From contig CABXEZ010000003.1 in assembly GCA_902511405.1 (NCBI GenBank), positions 7,251-71,250 of the forward strand: a stretch of 64,000 nucleotides of DNA, given 5' to 3'. The stretch comes from an uncultured Alphaproteobacteria bacterium (lineage in GTDB: Bacteria; Pseudomonadota; Alphaproteobacteria; HIMB59; GCA-002718135). This document shows, piece after piece, positions 19,246-28,137 of the stretch. Both the position numbers and the translations under genes were made by a program. Position 1 is the stretch's first letter, and each line of letters begins with the position of its first letter. The notes beneath the pieces were generated by a model. It had not been told where the DNA came from and searched no databases. It worked only from the letters and a program-made list of their open reading frames with translations.

Positions 19246-19869
19246 ATTGATGTCTTCTCCGATACTATTTGTCCTTGGTGTTACATTGGTTTTAGTCAAT
19301 TAAATCAAGCATTAGAAAATTTTAAAAATTATAACTTTGATATTGTGTGGCGGCCTTTTCAATTAAATCCTGAGATGCCCCTAAATGGAATAGATAGACA
19401 GCAATACTTAACTTCTAAATTTGGTAGTGAAGATAATGCCCGGTCAGTTTATCAACGTATTGAAGATGAAGGAAAAAAAAATAAAATATATTTTCAATTT
19501 AATAAGATTGCAAAGACTCCCAATTCTTTTTTTTCTCACAAACTTTTGGCATATGCCCATAAGAAAAAAAAGCAAACTGAAGTTTTAGAATTATTATTTT
19601 ATAAATACTTCATTGAAGGTGAAGATATTGGTAATTTAGATATATTGATTAAGGTATCTAAAGATGCAGATATTTATGATGAAAATATTAAAGAATATAT
19701 TATTTCTAAAGAAGATAATGACGGTTTATTAAATGAAGAAAAACAAGCTAAAAATATTGGAGTCAACAGTGTTCCATGTTTCATATTTAATAAAGAGATT
19801 GTAGTCAATGGAGCCCAACCAACTAACAACTTTATCCGAATAATTAATTCATTAAATAAAAATGTCTAA
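19246..19869 (+). CDS. DsbA/FrnE-family thiol oxidoreductase; 5' end uncertain (no canonical start before the active site)
   Basis: The track starts at GTG 19345. The same frame is open from 19228 and encodes 'IDVFSDTICPWCYIG', the family's N-terminal CxxC active site. Only ATT 19246 or CTG 19228 are available as starts. Confidence 0.6.
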   Translation: MDVFSDTICPWCYIGFSQLNQALENFKNYNFDIVWRPFQLNPEMPLNGIDRQQYLTSKFGSEDNARSVYQRIEDEGKKNKIYFQFNKIAKTPNSFFSHKLLAYAHKKKKQTEVLELLFYKYFIEGEDIGNLDILIKVSKDADIYDENIKEYIISKEDNDGLLNEEKQAKNIGVNSVPCFIFNKEIVVNGAQPTNNFIRIINSLNKNV

Positions 19870-20062
19870 GGATTTTTATATAGCTTTTTTAACAGGTTGG
19901 TTTGTACTAATAGTATTTTGGTCTACTATTATAATATTTGTATATATACGTAAGCCACCAAACGCTAAGTTAACAAAAAAAGTTTTTTTTGTTTCTTACG
20001 GCATCTTTTTAGTGCTTTTAATTATTATAGTTTTTTTAAACTATGCCGATTCGTTTTTTTAA
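19862..20062 (+). CDS. small two-helix membrane protein, hypothetical
   Basis: 66 aa with two hydrophobic segments. Its ATG overlaps the preceding gene's stop. Confidence 0.45.
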   Translation: MSKDFYIAFLTGWFVLIVFWSTIIIFVYIRKPPNAKLTKKVFFVSYGIFLVLLIIIVFLNYADSFF

Positions 20063-20236
20063 TTTTTGAAATATATTTAATTAACTATATGTAGTAGTAA
20101 ATTATAATCTAAATACTAACATATTGAGATATATGTATTTATTTATAATTATCCTTGAATACTAGATTTTTCGTACATATAAACTACCTCTTAATAAATT
20201 ATTTCAACTGTTTTTGTATCGTGAAGGAATAAAGAA

Positions 20237-20461
20237 ATGTCTATAATTAAGAATTATTTAAAACAAAATAAAGTGACTCATACCTTTAGTGACTGCCAAT
20301 GGCCAATCGGTGACCCACAAGAGAAAGATTTTCATTTTTGTGAAGCTGAAACTCTTACCGGTAAGCCTTATTGTAAAGAGCATTGTGATGTAGCTTATAT
20401 CGATGAAAGAGAATTAAAAAAAGAAAAAGAAGCTCAAAAAAATCGCAGAATTGCTGCTTAG
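20237..20461 (+). CDS. GcrA-like protein consisting only of the C-terminal domain
   Basis: 74 aa. 'CQWPIGDPQEKDFHFCEAETLTGKPYCKEHCDVAY' matches the conserved GcrA C-terminal block. An in-frame TGA at 20222 prevents any N-terminal extension. Confidence 0.7.
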   Translation: MSIIKNYLKQNKVTHTFSDCQWPIGDPQEKDFHFCEAETLTGKPYCKEHCDVAYIDERELKKEKEAQKNRRIAA

Positions 20462-20488
20462 TAATTTTTCAAATAAATTTCAATAAAA

Positions 20489-20514
20489 GGCTACAATTTT
20501 TTGTAGCCTTTTTC
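20489..20514 (+). terminator. rho-independent terminator
   Basis: GGCTACAA (20489-20496), loop TTTT, TTGTAGCC (20501-20508), followed by TTTTTC. Confidence 0.8.
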
Positions 20515-20564
20515 ATTTTATTGACAATTTTTTTCATTTTCTTAAAATACTCAATAAAATAACT

Positions 20565-21749
20565 ATGCTTTATACTGTTCTCACAAAAGTTAATTTTGAT
20601 GGCAAAATTATAATCATTGATAGTAGTAACGCAATACGTGAATTTGGCACAGGTTATAGATTAGTTAAGATCAAATTAAAAAATAAATCTATAGAAAAAA
20701 AACTATTTCGAAACCCAGCTCTTTATCTGGGTGAAGGATATATGAATGAAGAAATCCTTATTCAAAAAGGAACTATTGAAGAATTAATTGATATAGTAAC
20801 CTCATGCTATGATGATTTCATTCGTAATAATTCAATATACAGATTTTATGAAAACTTTTCTGGTTACGTTAAGGTTTTCCAACAACTAAATGAGGGTATG
20901 AAATCAAAACAGAATGTTGCGCATCATTACGATCTTAAAGAAGATTTATACAAATTATTTTTAGATAAAGATATGCAGTATTCCTGTGCTTATTTTCACA
21001 ATGAAAACATTAGTTTAGATCAAGCTCAAATAGATAAGAAAAAACATATTATAAATAAACTTCAAATAAAAGAAAATATGAGTGTGTTGGATATAGGCTG
21101 TGGATGGGGTGGAACGGCTTTGGAAATTGCAAAACAAACTGGCGCAAATGTAAAAGGTATTACACTTTCAGAAAATCAATTTGCAACAGCTTCCAAAAGA
21201 GCTCAGGAGGAGGGATTATCTGATAAAGTATCCTTTCGAATTCAAGATTATCGTGATGAAAAGTTAAAATATGACCGTATAGTTTCTATAGGAATGTTTG
21301 AACATGTAGGAGTTAAATATTTTAAACCATATTTAAAAAAAACGAATGATTTATTAAAAGATAATGGAGTGTTTCTTCTTCATACAATTGGTCAAAGAGG
21401 TATTCCGACAGCTACTAGCCCATTCATTAGAAAGTATATTTTTCCAGGTGGATACATTCCTTCTTTATCTGACATTATCATTGAGACTCAAAAATTAAAC
21501 ATCAACATTACAGATATAGAAATCTTAAGATTGCATTATGCTCATACTCTTTCTCATTGGTATAAAAATATTCAAAAGCATAAAGAGGAAATAGTTAGAA
21601 TGTTTGATCATCGTTTTTATCGTATGTGGGAATTTTACCTATTGGCTAGTAAATATTCTTTTGTCAATATGGGAAATATAGTTTTTCAGATTCAAATTGC
21701 TAAAAATATTAACAATTTACCTCTTACAAGAAATTATATGTATAATTGA
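20565..21749 (+). CDS. cyclopropane-fatty-acyl-phospholipid synthase-like SAM methyltransferase
   Basis: 394 aa. 'HYDL...LFLD..M.YSCAYF' and SAM motif 'VLDIGCGWGG', 'SIGMFEHVG'. Confidence 0.85.
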   Translation: MLYTVLTKVNFDGKIIIIDSSNAIREFGTGYRLVKIKLKNKSIEKKLFRNPALYLGEGYMNEEILIQKGTIEELIDIVTSCYDDFIRNNSIYRFYENFSGYVKVFQQLNEGMKSKQNVAHHYDLKEDLYKLFLDKDMQYSCAYFHNENISLDQAQIDKKKHIINKLQIKENMSVLDIGCGWGGTALEIAKQTGANVKGITLSENQFATASKRAQEEGLSDKVSFRIQDYRDEKLKYDRIVSIGMFEHVGVKYFKPYLKKTNDLLKDNGVFLLHTIGQRGIPTATSPFIRKYIFPGGYIPSLSDIIIETQKLNINITDIEILRLHYAHTLSHWYKNIQKHKEEIVRMFDHRFYRMWEFYLLASKYSFVNMGNIVFQIQIAKNINNLPLTRNYMYN

Positions 21750-21804
21750 TTGAATATAAATGTATAAAATTCTTATTAAAAACATATAGTTTATCTATAT
21801 ATTT

Positions 21805-22845
21805 ATGCATCAAAGTTTAAATCAATATTTGGTAAGAGTTGGAATATTTCTTGCACTAGTATTTGTTGTTGTCGTTTTACTTTATCCTGTTTTACAAAAT
21901 GCTTTTTTATCGAACATATTTATTAATTTAATAATTTTAGCAGGTTTAGCTATTGGGATAATATTTAATTTAATAAGACTTATAGGTCTTAATACCGATT
22001 ATATAGCTTTAGCAAATTTTGAAATAAATAAATCTCCAAAGTCATTTCTTAATAATAATGGCAATCTAAAAAATATTTCTTTAGATCTAAAGCAAATAGA
22101 TGGCAGGTTTGTTTTTAAGAGCTCAGTTATAAATAGATTAATAGAAAATACAGATATGTCATTATCAAGTGTAAGAGAGACATCAAGATATTTAGTAGGA
22201 TTATTAGTATTCTTAGGCTTGCTTGGAACTTTTTGGGGTTTATTAAAAACTATAGGCTCTGTTGGCAATGTTATAAGCGGTCTTGGAATTGATGATACAA
22301 ATGTTGCAGGTTTTTTTAATTCTTTGAAAGATGGTTTAAATGCCCCTTTACAGGGAATGAGTATAGCATTTAGCAGTTCACTACTGGGTTTAGCAGGTTC
22401 ATTAATTCTTGGTTTTATGGATATAAATCTTGGTCAGGCTCAAAATAAGTTTAGTTTATTTTTTGAAAAAACTCTAGAGAATAACTCTGTTCCAGATTTA
22501 CTGAATTCGTCTGCATCTGATAACTTAAGTCAACAAGCTCTTCAAAGAATTTATGATAATTTAGATGGTATTGTTTATTCTTTAAAACAAACTTCTCAAA
22601 ATCAGAACGAGATTAATAGCAATTTATCTAAGTTAAGTGAGCAAATTAAAAATGTTAATAATCATTCAGCAGGAATAGATGAAAAACTATCAAATTTTTT
22701 GTCTACTCAATTGAATACTCAGTCAAGTATTTTGCAATTAATTAACAAGATTAATGAACAAGGTTTCTTAGATGATTCAACAAAAAAAATATTTGCAGAT
22801 TTGAATCAAAGCATTCAAGAACTAAAAGTTAAAAATAAAAAATAA
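21805..22845 (+). CDS. MotA/TolQ/ExbB-like proton-channel protein with C-terminal coiled-coil tail
   Basis: 346 aa. Four predicted TM helices. 'LGLLGTFWGLL' and 'MSIAFSSSLLGLAGSLILGF' resemble the MotA_ExbB core. The last ~130 aa are Gln/Asn/Ser/Leu-rich. Confidence 0.7.
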   Translation: MHQSLNQYLVRVGIFLALVFVVVVLLYPVLQNAFLSNIFINLIILAGLAIGIIFNLIRLIGLNTDYIALANFEINKSPKSFLNNNGNLKNISLDLKQIDGRFVFKSSVINRLIENTDMSLSSVRETSRYLVGLLVFLGLLGTFWGLLKTIGSVGNVISGLGIDDTNVAGFFNSLKDGLNAPLQGMSIAFSSSLLGLAGSLILGFMDINLGQAQNKFSLFFEKTLENNSVPDLLNSSASDNLSQQALQRIYDNLDGIVYSLKQTSQNQNEINSNLSKLSEQIKNVNNHSAGIDEKLSNFLSTQLNTQSSILQLINKINEQGFLDDSTKKIFADLNQSIQELKVKNKK

Positions 22846-22847
22846 TA

Positions 22848-24761
22848 ATGGCATCAAGGTCTTTAAGAAATAGACTTGGTGAACCTACAAATATTTGGCC
22901 TGGATTTGTTGACGTATTAGCAACATTACTTATAGTTATTATCTTTGTGTTAATGATATTTACGGTTTCACAAATTTATTTAAGTGATGCTATTTCAGGA
23001 AGAGATAAAGCATTACAGGAATTAAGAATGCAAATAAGCGAGCTATCAAAAATTCTTAAATCTGAAGTTAGTGAAAAGGAAGATGCCCTTAATACTTTAT
23101 CTGAAACTGAGTCGTTACTTAGTGGAGTTCAGTCAGACTTATTACAACAAGAGTTAGTTACGGAAGGTTTACAAACTGATCTAGCTAAAAAAAGTACAGA
23201 AATATTTGTCCAAGAACAAAATATCCTTGCTCTATCTGGCCAAATCACAGAGCTTTTAAGCGAATTGAGAATTGTGGCAAAGGCTTTAGAGGTTTATGAG
23301 GGATTAGATAGTGCCATTTTAGATACAGAGGGACTTGGTGAAAAAATTAACAAAGCTTTAGCTGCTCGTATAGATCAGCTTAAGACACTTAATTCGAAGC
23401 TTGATCAAACAAATAATAGGCTTGCAATAAGTCAGACAAATTTAAATGAGAAAATAAGTGAATTAAAGATTACAAATGAAAGTTTAAACAAACTTAATAA
23501 CCAACTTGATGCGACTAATAAAAAACTAGAAATAAGTGAGAATGAGTTAAATCAAACAATTAATGAATTAAATATTAAAAATCAAAACTTAATGGCGATC
23601 AATAAAAGCTTAGGTTTGGAAGATGGTGGTATTGCTGATCAACTTCAAGCTATTAAAAATAAAAACCAAGAACTTTTAAATTTAAATGAAGATTTATTAG
23701 TTTCACAAAAAGAAACTCAAGAAACTCTTACTTTGTTAGAACAAACTAATTTAGAGTTAGCATTAAGGGATGAGGAGTTACAAAATCAAATAACTCAATA
23801 TCAAAATTTAATGAATGATTTGTTAGAAATTAATGATAGCCTTGGGTTGCAAGATGCGACTCTTCAAGAGCAACTAGAAGCTATAAGATCTAAAAATCAG
23901 GAATTAGCTGAACTCAATCAAAATTTAATAAATAAAGATAATACAATTTTTGATTTAAGAGGAAAAATTATTGAATTAAATGATGTTTTATCGATTTCTG
24001 ATAAGCAAAAGATAGATCAGGAATTAGAAATTGCCTTACTTAAAAAAAATATACAAAATATTGAAGATATTAGAATTTCAGAAAATGAAATTTCTTCTAA
24101 TCAAATAGAAGAAATGGAAATTCAATCTTCTAAAACTTTTGAACAAATAGCAATTTTATCTGATGAAATAGAAAATTTAAAAAATGAAATTGAAACATTA
24201 AATATGGCTCTAGAAGCCAGCGAAGAAGATGCAATTTCAAAAAATCTTGAAATTGAAATACTTGGAGAAAGATTAAATAAAGCACTGACTTCTAAAATTT
24301 TTGAATTACAAAAATATCGCTCAGAATTCTTTGGTAAATTACAAAATTTATTAGGCGATAGAGAGGATATTAAAATTGTTGGCGATAGATTTATTTTCGA
24401 GTCTGAGCTTTTGTTTGATTCTTCGTCAGCAAATCTTCAAGAAAATGGAAAAGAGAAATTAAAAGAAATAGCAATGACTTTAATGGAGACAACTAAACAA
24501 ATACCAACCGATATTGATTGGATTATTCAAGTTGAAGGTCATACTGACAAAAGACCAATTAATACTGCACAATTTCCTTCAAATTGGGAATTATCAACAG
24601 CAAGAGCAAATTCTGTTTTAAAATTATTACTTGATATTGGTTTTTCTCCAAAAAGACTTGCTGCAGCAGGTTATGGAGAATTTTATCCTATTAGTGAGGG
24701 TGAGACAAAAGAAGATTATCAACAAAATAGAAGAATTGAATTGAAACTAACATCCCGTTAG
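22848..24761 (+). CDS. MotB/OmpA-like peptidoglycan-binding protein with very long coiled-coil linker
   Basis: 637 aa. N-terminal 'IWPGFVDVLATLLIVIIFVLMIF' is a MotB-type plug/TM with a conserved Asp. About 450 aa of heptad-rich sequence follow. C-terminal OmpA_C block 'VEGHTDKRPI...NWELSTARANSV...AAGYGEFYPI...NRRIELKL'. Confidence 0.8.
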   Translation: MASRSLRNRLGEPTNIWPGFVDVLATLLIVIIFVLMIFTVSQIYLSDAISGRDKALQELRMQISELSKILKSEVSEKEDALNTLSETESLLSGVQSDLLQQELVTEGLQTDLAKKSTEIFVQEQNILALSGQITELLSELRIVAKALEVYEGLDSAILDTEGLGEKINKALAARIDQLKTLNSKLDQTNNRLAISQTNLNEKISELKITNESLNKLNNQLDATNKKLEISENELNQTINELNIKNQNLMAINKSLGLEDGGIADQLQAIKNKNQELLNLNEDLLVSQKETQETLTLLEQTNLELALRDEELQNQITQYQNLMNDLLEINDSLGLQDATLQEQLEAIRSKNQELAELNQNLINKDNTIFDLRGKIIELNDVLSISDKQKIDQELEIALLKKNIQNIEDIRISENEISSNQIEEMEIQSSKTFEQIAILSDEIENLKNEIETLNMALEASEEDAISKNLEIEILGERLNKALTSKIFELQKYRSEFFGKLQNLLGDREDIKIVGDRFIFESELLFDSSSANLQENGKEKLKEIAMTLMETTKQIPTDIDWIIQVEGHTDKRPINTAQFPSNWELSTARANSVLKLLLDIGFSPKRLAAAGYGEFYPISEGETKEDYQQNRRIELKLTSR

Positions 24762-24802
24762 TTGCCTTAAATAAAACATAAAGCTTCCTTATTTTAATTA
24801 AC

Positions 24803-25303
24803 ATGAAATTAATTTTAGCCACTTTGATATTGTTTTATATAAATTTTGCATATGCAGGTTGTGATGATCAACCCTCCAATGAGGTTGATTGGACAAACTG
24901 TAATTTTGTAGAAAATCTTGACTTGATCGGTGTAGGTTTAGCAAATGCCAAAATGTCTGGCGTGAATTTATCTCTAGCTAATTTAGAAAAATCTCAATTA
25001 AATAATTCTGATCTTTCAGTTGGAAACTTTATTTTTGCTAATTTTAGTAATTCAAATTTATATGCTTCAAATTTACAAGGTGCTAATTGTAATAATGCTA
25101 ATTTTGAAAATGCAAATCTTGCTAAAGTGAATTTTGAAGGAGCTAATCTTTTTACCTCATCATTTAAAGGATCCAATTTGTATGAAGCCAATCTTTTAGG
25201 GGCTAATATTTCAGGAGCAGTTTTTGATGAAGCAAACCTATCAAGTGCCATCTGGGTGGATGGTAAAAAATGTGCTTTAGGCTCTATTGGTATTTGTAAC
25301 TAA
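24803..25303 (+). CDS. pentapeptide-repeat lipoprotein
   Basis: 166 aa. Signal peptide with a lipobox-like 'AYAGC'. About 20 consecutive A(D/N)LxX pentapeptides (e.g. 'ANLEKSQLNNSDLSVGNF...'). Confidence 0.8.
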   Translation: MKLILATLILFYINFAYAGCDDQPSNEVDWTNCNFVENLDLIGVGLANAKMSGVNLSLANLEKSQLNNSDLSVGNFIFANFSNSNLYASNLQGANCNNANFENANLAKVNFEGANLFTSSFKGSNLYEANLLGANISGAVFDEANLSSAIWVDGKKCALGSIGICN

Positions 25304-25374
25304 TACAGAATTTTTTCAATACATTTGTTTTCTATTTTACTTTATGCGTAATTTAATGCAGAGATTTATAAATT

Positions 25375-26277
25375 ATGAATTCTAATAGTTATTATAATGC
25401 TTTTCTCTTAGTTTTTCTTGCTGGTTTATTTTGGAGTTTTGGAGTTGTAACCGTAAGATATATGGTTGATGCTAACGACTTTGTTTTTCAATATCTATTT
25501 TATAGAGGGATATCTATTGCAATTATTTTATTAATTTTTTTATTTCTAAAAGAAGGTTTAGTCTTTTATAAAAATTTTTTTCAAATTGGAATTTCAAGTA
25601 TTCTAGGTGGTATTTTTTTGGCAACAGCTTTTACTGGTTTTATTTTTTCTATAACAATGACCACAGCAGCAGTGACCTTATTTATGCTTGCAGCAATGCC
25701 CTTTATTGCTGCTATAGTTGGATATTTTATTTTAGGTGAAATACTTCAAAGAACAACATTATTTTCTATGGTTGTAGCCTTTTTTGGTGTTTGTATTATG
25801 ATTTTTAATGATAGTATTTCTGGAAGTGCACTTGGTGCAATTATTGGTCTTATTTCAGCAACAGGTTTTGCTCTATATTCTGTTACAATCAGATGGAAAC
25901 CTGAAACTCCTAAATTTACTACTGTAGTTTTAGCTGGCTTATTTTGTGCATTGTTCTCTTTTTGTGTTCTAGGCTTTTCTTTCCAGCCTTTTACTTCAAT
26001 GCCTTCCATAAATAGTTATTTGAGTTTATTGCATGGCCTAATAGTTGCAACAGGTTTAATTTTATACACTTTGGGGGCAAAATATTTACCTTCAGCTGAG
26101 TTAACCTTATTATCATTAATGGAAGTAGTGGGGGGTGTTGTTTGGGTGTGGATACCAATATTTGGTATAAATGAAGTTCCAAGTTTTACCGTTATTCTTG
26201 GTGGTATGGTAATAACTTCTGCAGTTTTATTTCATGGTTATGGGGCCAGAAAAAAAAGAGACCCAATTTTACCCTAA
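25375..26277 (+). CDS. EamA/DMT-superfamily transporter
   Basis: 300 aa, about 10 TM helices with two-EamA-repeat architecture. Confidence 0.75.
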   Translation: MNSNSYYNAFLLVFLAGLFWSFGVVTVRYMVDANDFVFQYLFYRGISIAIILLIFLFLKEGLVFYKNFFQIGISSILGGIFLATAFTGFIFSITMTTAAVTLFMLAAMPFIAAIVGYFILGEILQRTTLFSMVVAFFGVCIMIFNDSISGSALGAIIGLISATGFALYSVTIRWKPETPKFTTVVLAGLFCALFSFCVLGFSFQPFTSMPSINSYLSLLHGLIVATGLILYTLGAKYLPSAELTLLSLMEVVGGVVWVWIPIFGINEVPSFTVILGGMVITSAVLFHGYGARKKRDPILP

Positions 26278-27509
26278 TTATTTGCTTGAAGTTTAGTAGA
26301 ATTTTTTCTTGGTAAACTCAAGTCGGACCATACTTGATCAAGGCACTTAACCATATTTTCTATATGTTCTTTTCTGTGTTTAGGTGTTACGGTAATTCGT
26401 AATCTTTCTAAACCTTTAGGGACTGTCGGATAGAAAATGGGTTGGGCATAGATGCCGTGATCTTCAATTAACTTTTCTGAAACTTTTTTACATAAAAAAG
26501 GGTCATTGATCATAACAGAAATAATATGACTATTAGTATCGATATAAGGTATAGCTATTGATTCTAATAATTGCCTCATTGTGGTAGCATTTTCATGAAT
26601 TTTTATTCTTAACTGATCTGCCAATGATACGATTTCAACAGCTTTACTAGCACCTGCGGCTATTGAAGGGCAAATAGAGGTTGTAAAAATAAAGCCTGGA
26701 GAAAAACTACGAATATAATCAATTATTTCATTGGTTGACGCTATATAGCCACCCATTTGTCCAAAAGCTTTTGCTAATGTACCGTTGATAATATCAATAT
26801 CTTTATCAACTTTCATTTCTACAGCAATACCTTTACCTTTTTCTCCATATAAGCCAACAGAATGGACCTCATCTAAATATGTCATAGCATTGTATTTTTT
26901 TGCGATCTCTACAATTTTTATTATAGGAGATCTGATACCTTCCATAGAATACAAGCTTTCAAAAACAATTAGTTTTGGATGACCAGGATCTGCAGTTTGT
27001 AAAAGAGTTTCAAGATGGTCTACATCATTATGCTGAAAAATATGACACGAAGCTCCACTATTTTTAATCCCTTGTATTAAAGATGCGTGATTAAGCTCAT
27101 CAGAAAATATTTCAAGATTTTTTATTTTTTTTCCTAGCGTCCATAGTGTAGATTGATTGGCAGTGTAAGCTGAAGAAAATAGCAAAGCATTTTCTTTGTT
27201 ATGAAGATTTGCTAATTTTTTTTCCAAAAAGGTGTGAAACGATGATGTTCCTGATATATTTCTCGTTCCACCAGAACCAGTACCGATTTCCAAAAGAGTT
27301 TTTACTGTTTCGTTTACTACTTCTGGATGTTGACTCATGTTGAGATAATCATTTGAGCACCAAACCTCAACATCTCTTTCCTTACTATTTTTAAATTCGT
27401 CAGCTTTAGGAAATTTTTTTATTGGTCGATCTATCTCTCTAAAGTTCCTGTAGAGACCTTCATCTTTTAGTTTTTTTAACTCTTTTTTAAAAAAAGTAGA
27501 ATATTTCAT
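26274..27509 (-). CDS. hemA: 5-aminolevulinate synthase
   Basis: 411 aa. 'WCSNDYL', 'GGTRNISGT', 'DEVHSVGLYG' and PLP-Lys region 'GTLAKAFG' are typical of alphaproteobacterial ALAS. Confidence 0.9.
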   Translation of the reverse strand: MKYSTFFKKELKKLKDEGLYRNFREIDRPIKKFPKADEFKNSKERDVEVWCSNDYLNMSQHPEVVNETVKTLLEIGTGSGGTRNISGTSSFHTFLEKKLANLHNKENALLFSSAYTANQSTLWTLGKKIKNLEIFSDELNHASLIQGIKNSGASCHIFQHNDVDHLETLLQTADPGHPKLIVFESLYSMEGIRSPIIKIVEIAKKYNAMTYLDEVHSVGLYGEKGKGIAVEMKVDKDIDIINGTLAKAFGQMGGYIASTNEIIDYIRSFSPGFIFTTSICPSIAAGASKAVEIVSLADQLRIKIHENATTMRQLLESIAIPYIDTNSHIISVMINDPFLCKKVSEKLIEDHGIYAQPIFYPTVPKGLERLRITVTPKHRKEHIENMVKCLDQVWSDLSLPRKNSTKLQANN

Positions 27510-27579
27510 AACCTTTTAATTATAGCTAAATCTTAAAAAACCAAGATACTTATTTGATTAATTGTCACATCTAATATGG

Positions 27580-28137
27580 CTAATCTTTGCCCCAAAAACT
27601 CATTCTATTCCAAACACCATACTTATCAGAATTGATGAATCGATGGTACAAACCTGCACTTAAATGAATTCCAAATACAGCTATAAGAGCAATCATTGAT
27701 TGATAATGAAATTGAACAAAAGTTGGGTACATTTCAAAATTTGTTTCTATAAATTTTGGGACAGTTACTAGTCCAAGTAGCTGAACATCAAAACCACCTG
27801 CTTGAGTCATCATTGTGCCTTGAACTGGTATCCAAATTACTAGAGTATAAAGTAAGGTATGAATAACTCTGGAGGCATATCTGTGAAATTTAGAGAGTGT
27901 GGAAGTATCCGGTTTTGAATTAAAAAATTTCCAAATTAGTCTCAAAACTACTATCGTAAATATGATTGTTCCTATTATTTTATGAATTCCAATAAATCCA
28001 ATTTTAGCAGGGGAAAATTCCATATTGTGAAGGCTAAAACCTGTAAATATTTGCCATATTAATAGTAAAGCAAGAACCCAATGGAAAATTTTTGCTATTA
28101 AACCCCAAGAATGTTGAGTTGCTTTTAGACTTTTCAT
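27580..28137 (-). CDS. cytochrome b561 family protein
   Basis: 185 aa, four TM helices with conserved His residues ('FHWVLALLL', 'IHKIIG', 'VIHTLLY'). Confidence 0.75.
   Translation of the reverse strand: MKSLKATQHSWGLIAKIFHWVLALLLIWQIFTGFSLHNMEFSPAKIGFIGIHKIIGTIIFTIVVLRLIWKFFNSKPDTSTLSKFHRYASRVIHTLLYTLVIWIPVQGTMMTQAGGFDVQLLGLVTVPKFIETNFEMYPTFVQFHYQSMIALIAVFGIHLSAGLYHRFINSDKYGVWNRMSFWGKD

Noticed and set aside
19238-19252. MsrA-DsbA translational fusion by frameshifting at the msrA stop
   Set aside because: There is no slippery heptamer or downstream structure. The two enzymes are normally separate proteins. A non-canonical start or a lesion is the simpler explanation.
21805-24761. Possible Zorya (ZorAB) anti-phage system
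   Set aside because: In Zorya the long tail is on the MotA-like ZorA, and ZorC/ZorD (or ZorE) effector genes follow. Here the long coiled coil is on the B subunit and no nuclease or helicase effector is adjacent. It is reported as a distinct stator-like pair instead.
24950-25260. 15-nt periodic DNA repetition and the 85-aa antisense ORF 24994-25251, considered as a tandem repeat or CRISPR-like array
   Set aside because: The periodicity is the coding repeat of a pentapeptide-repeat protein (5 codons). There are no unique spacers, and no cas genes in the window.
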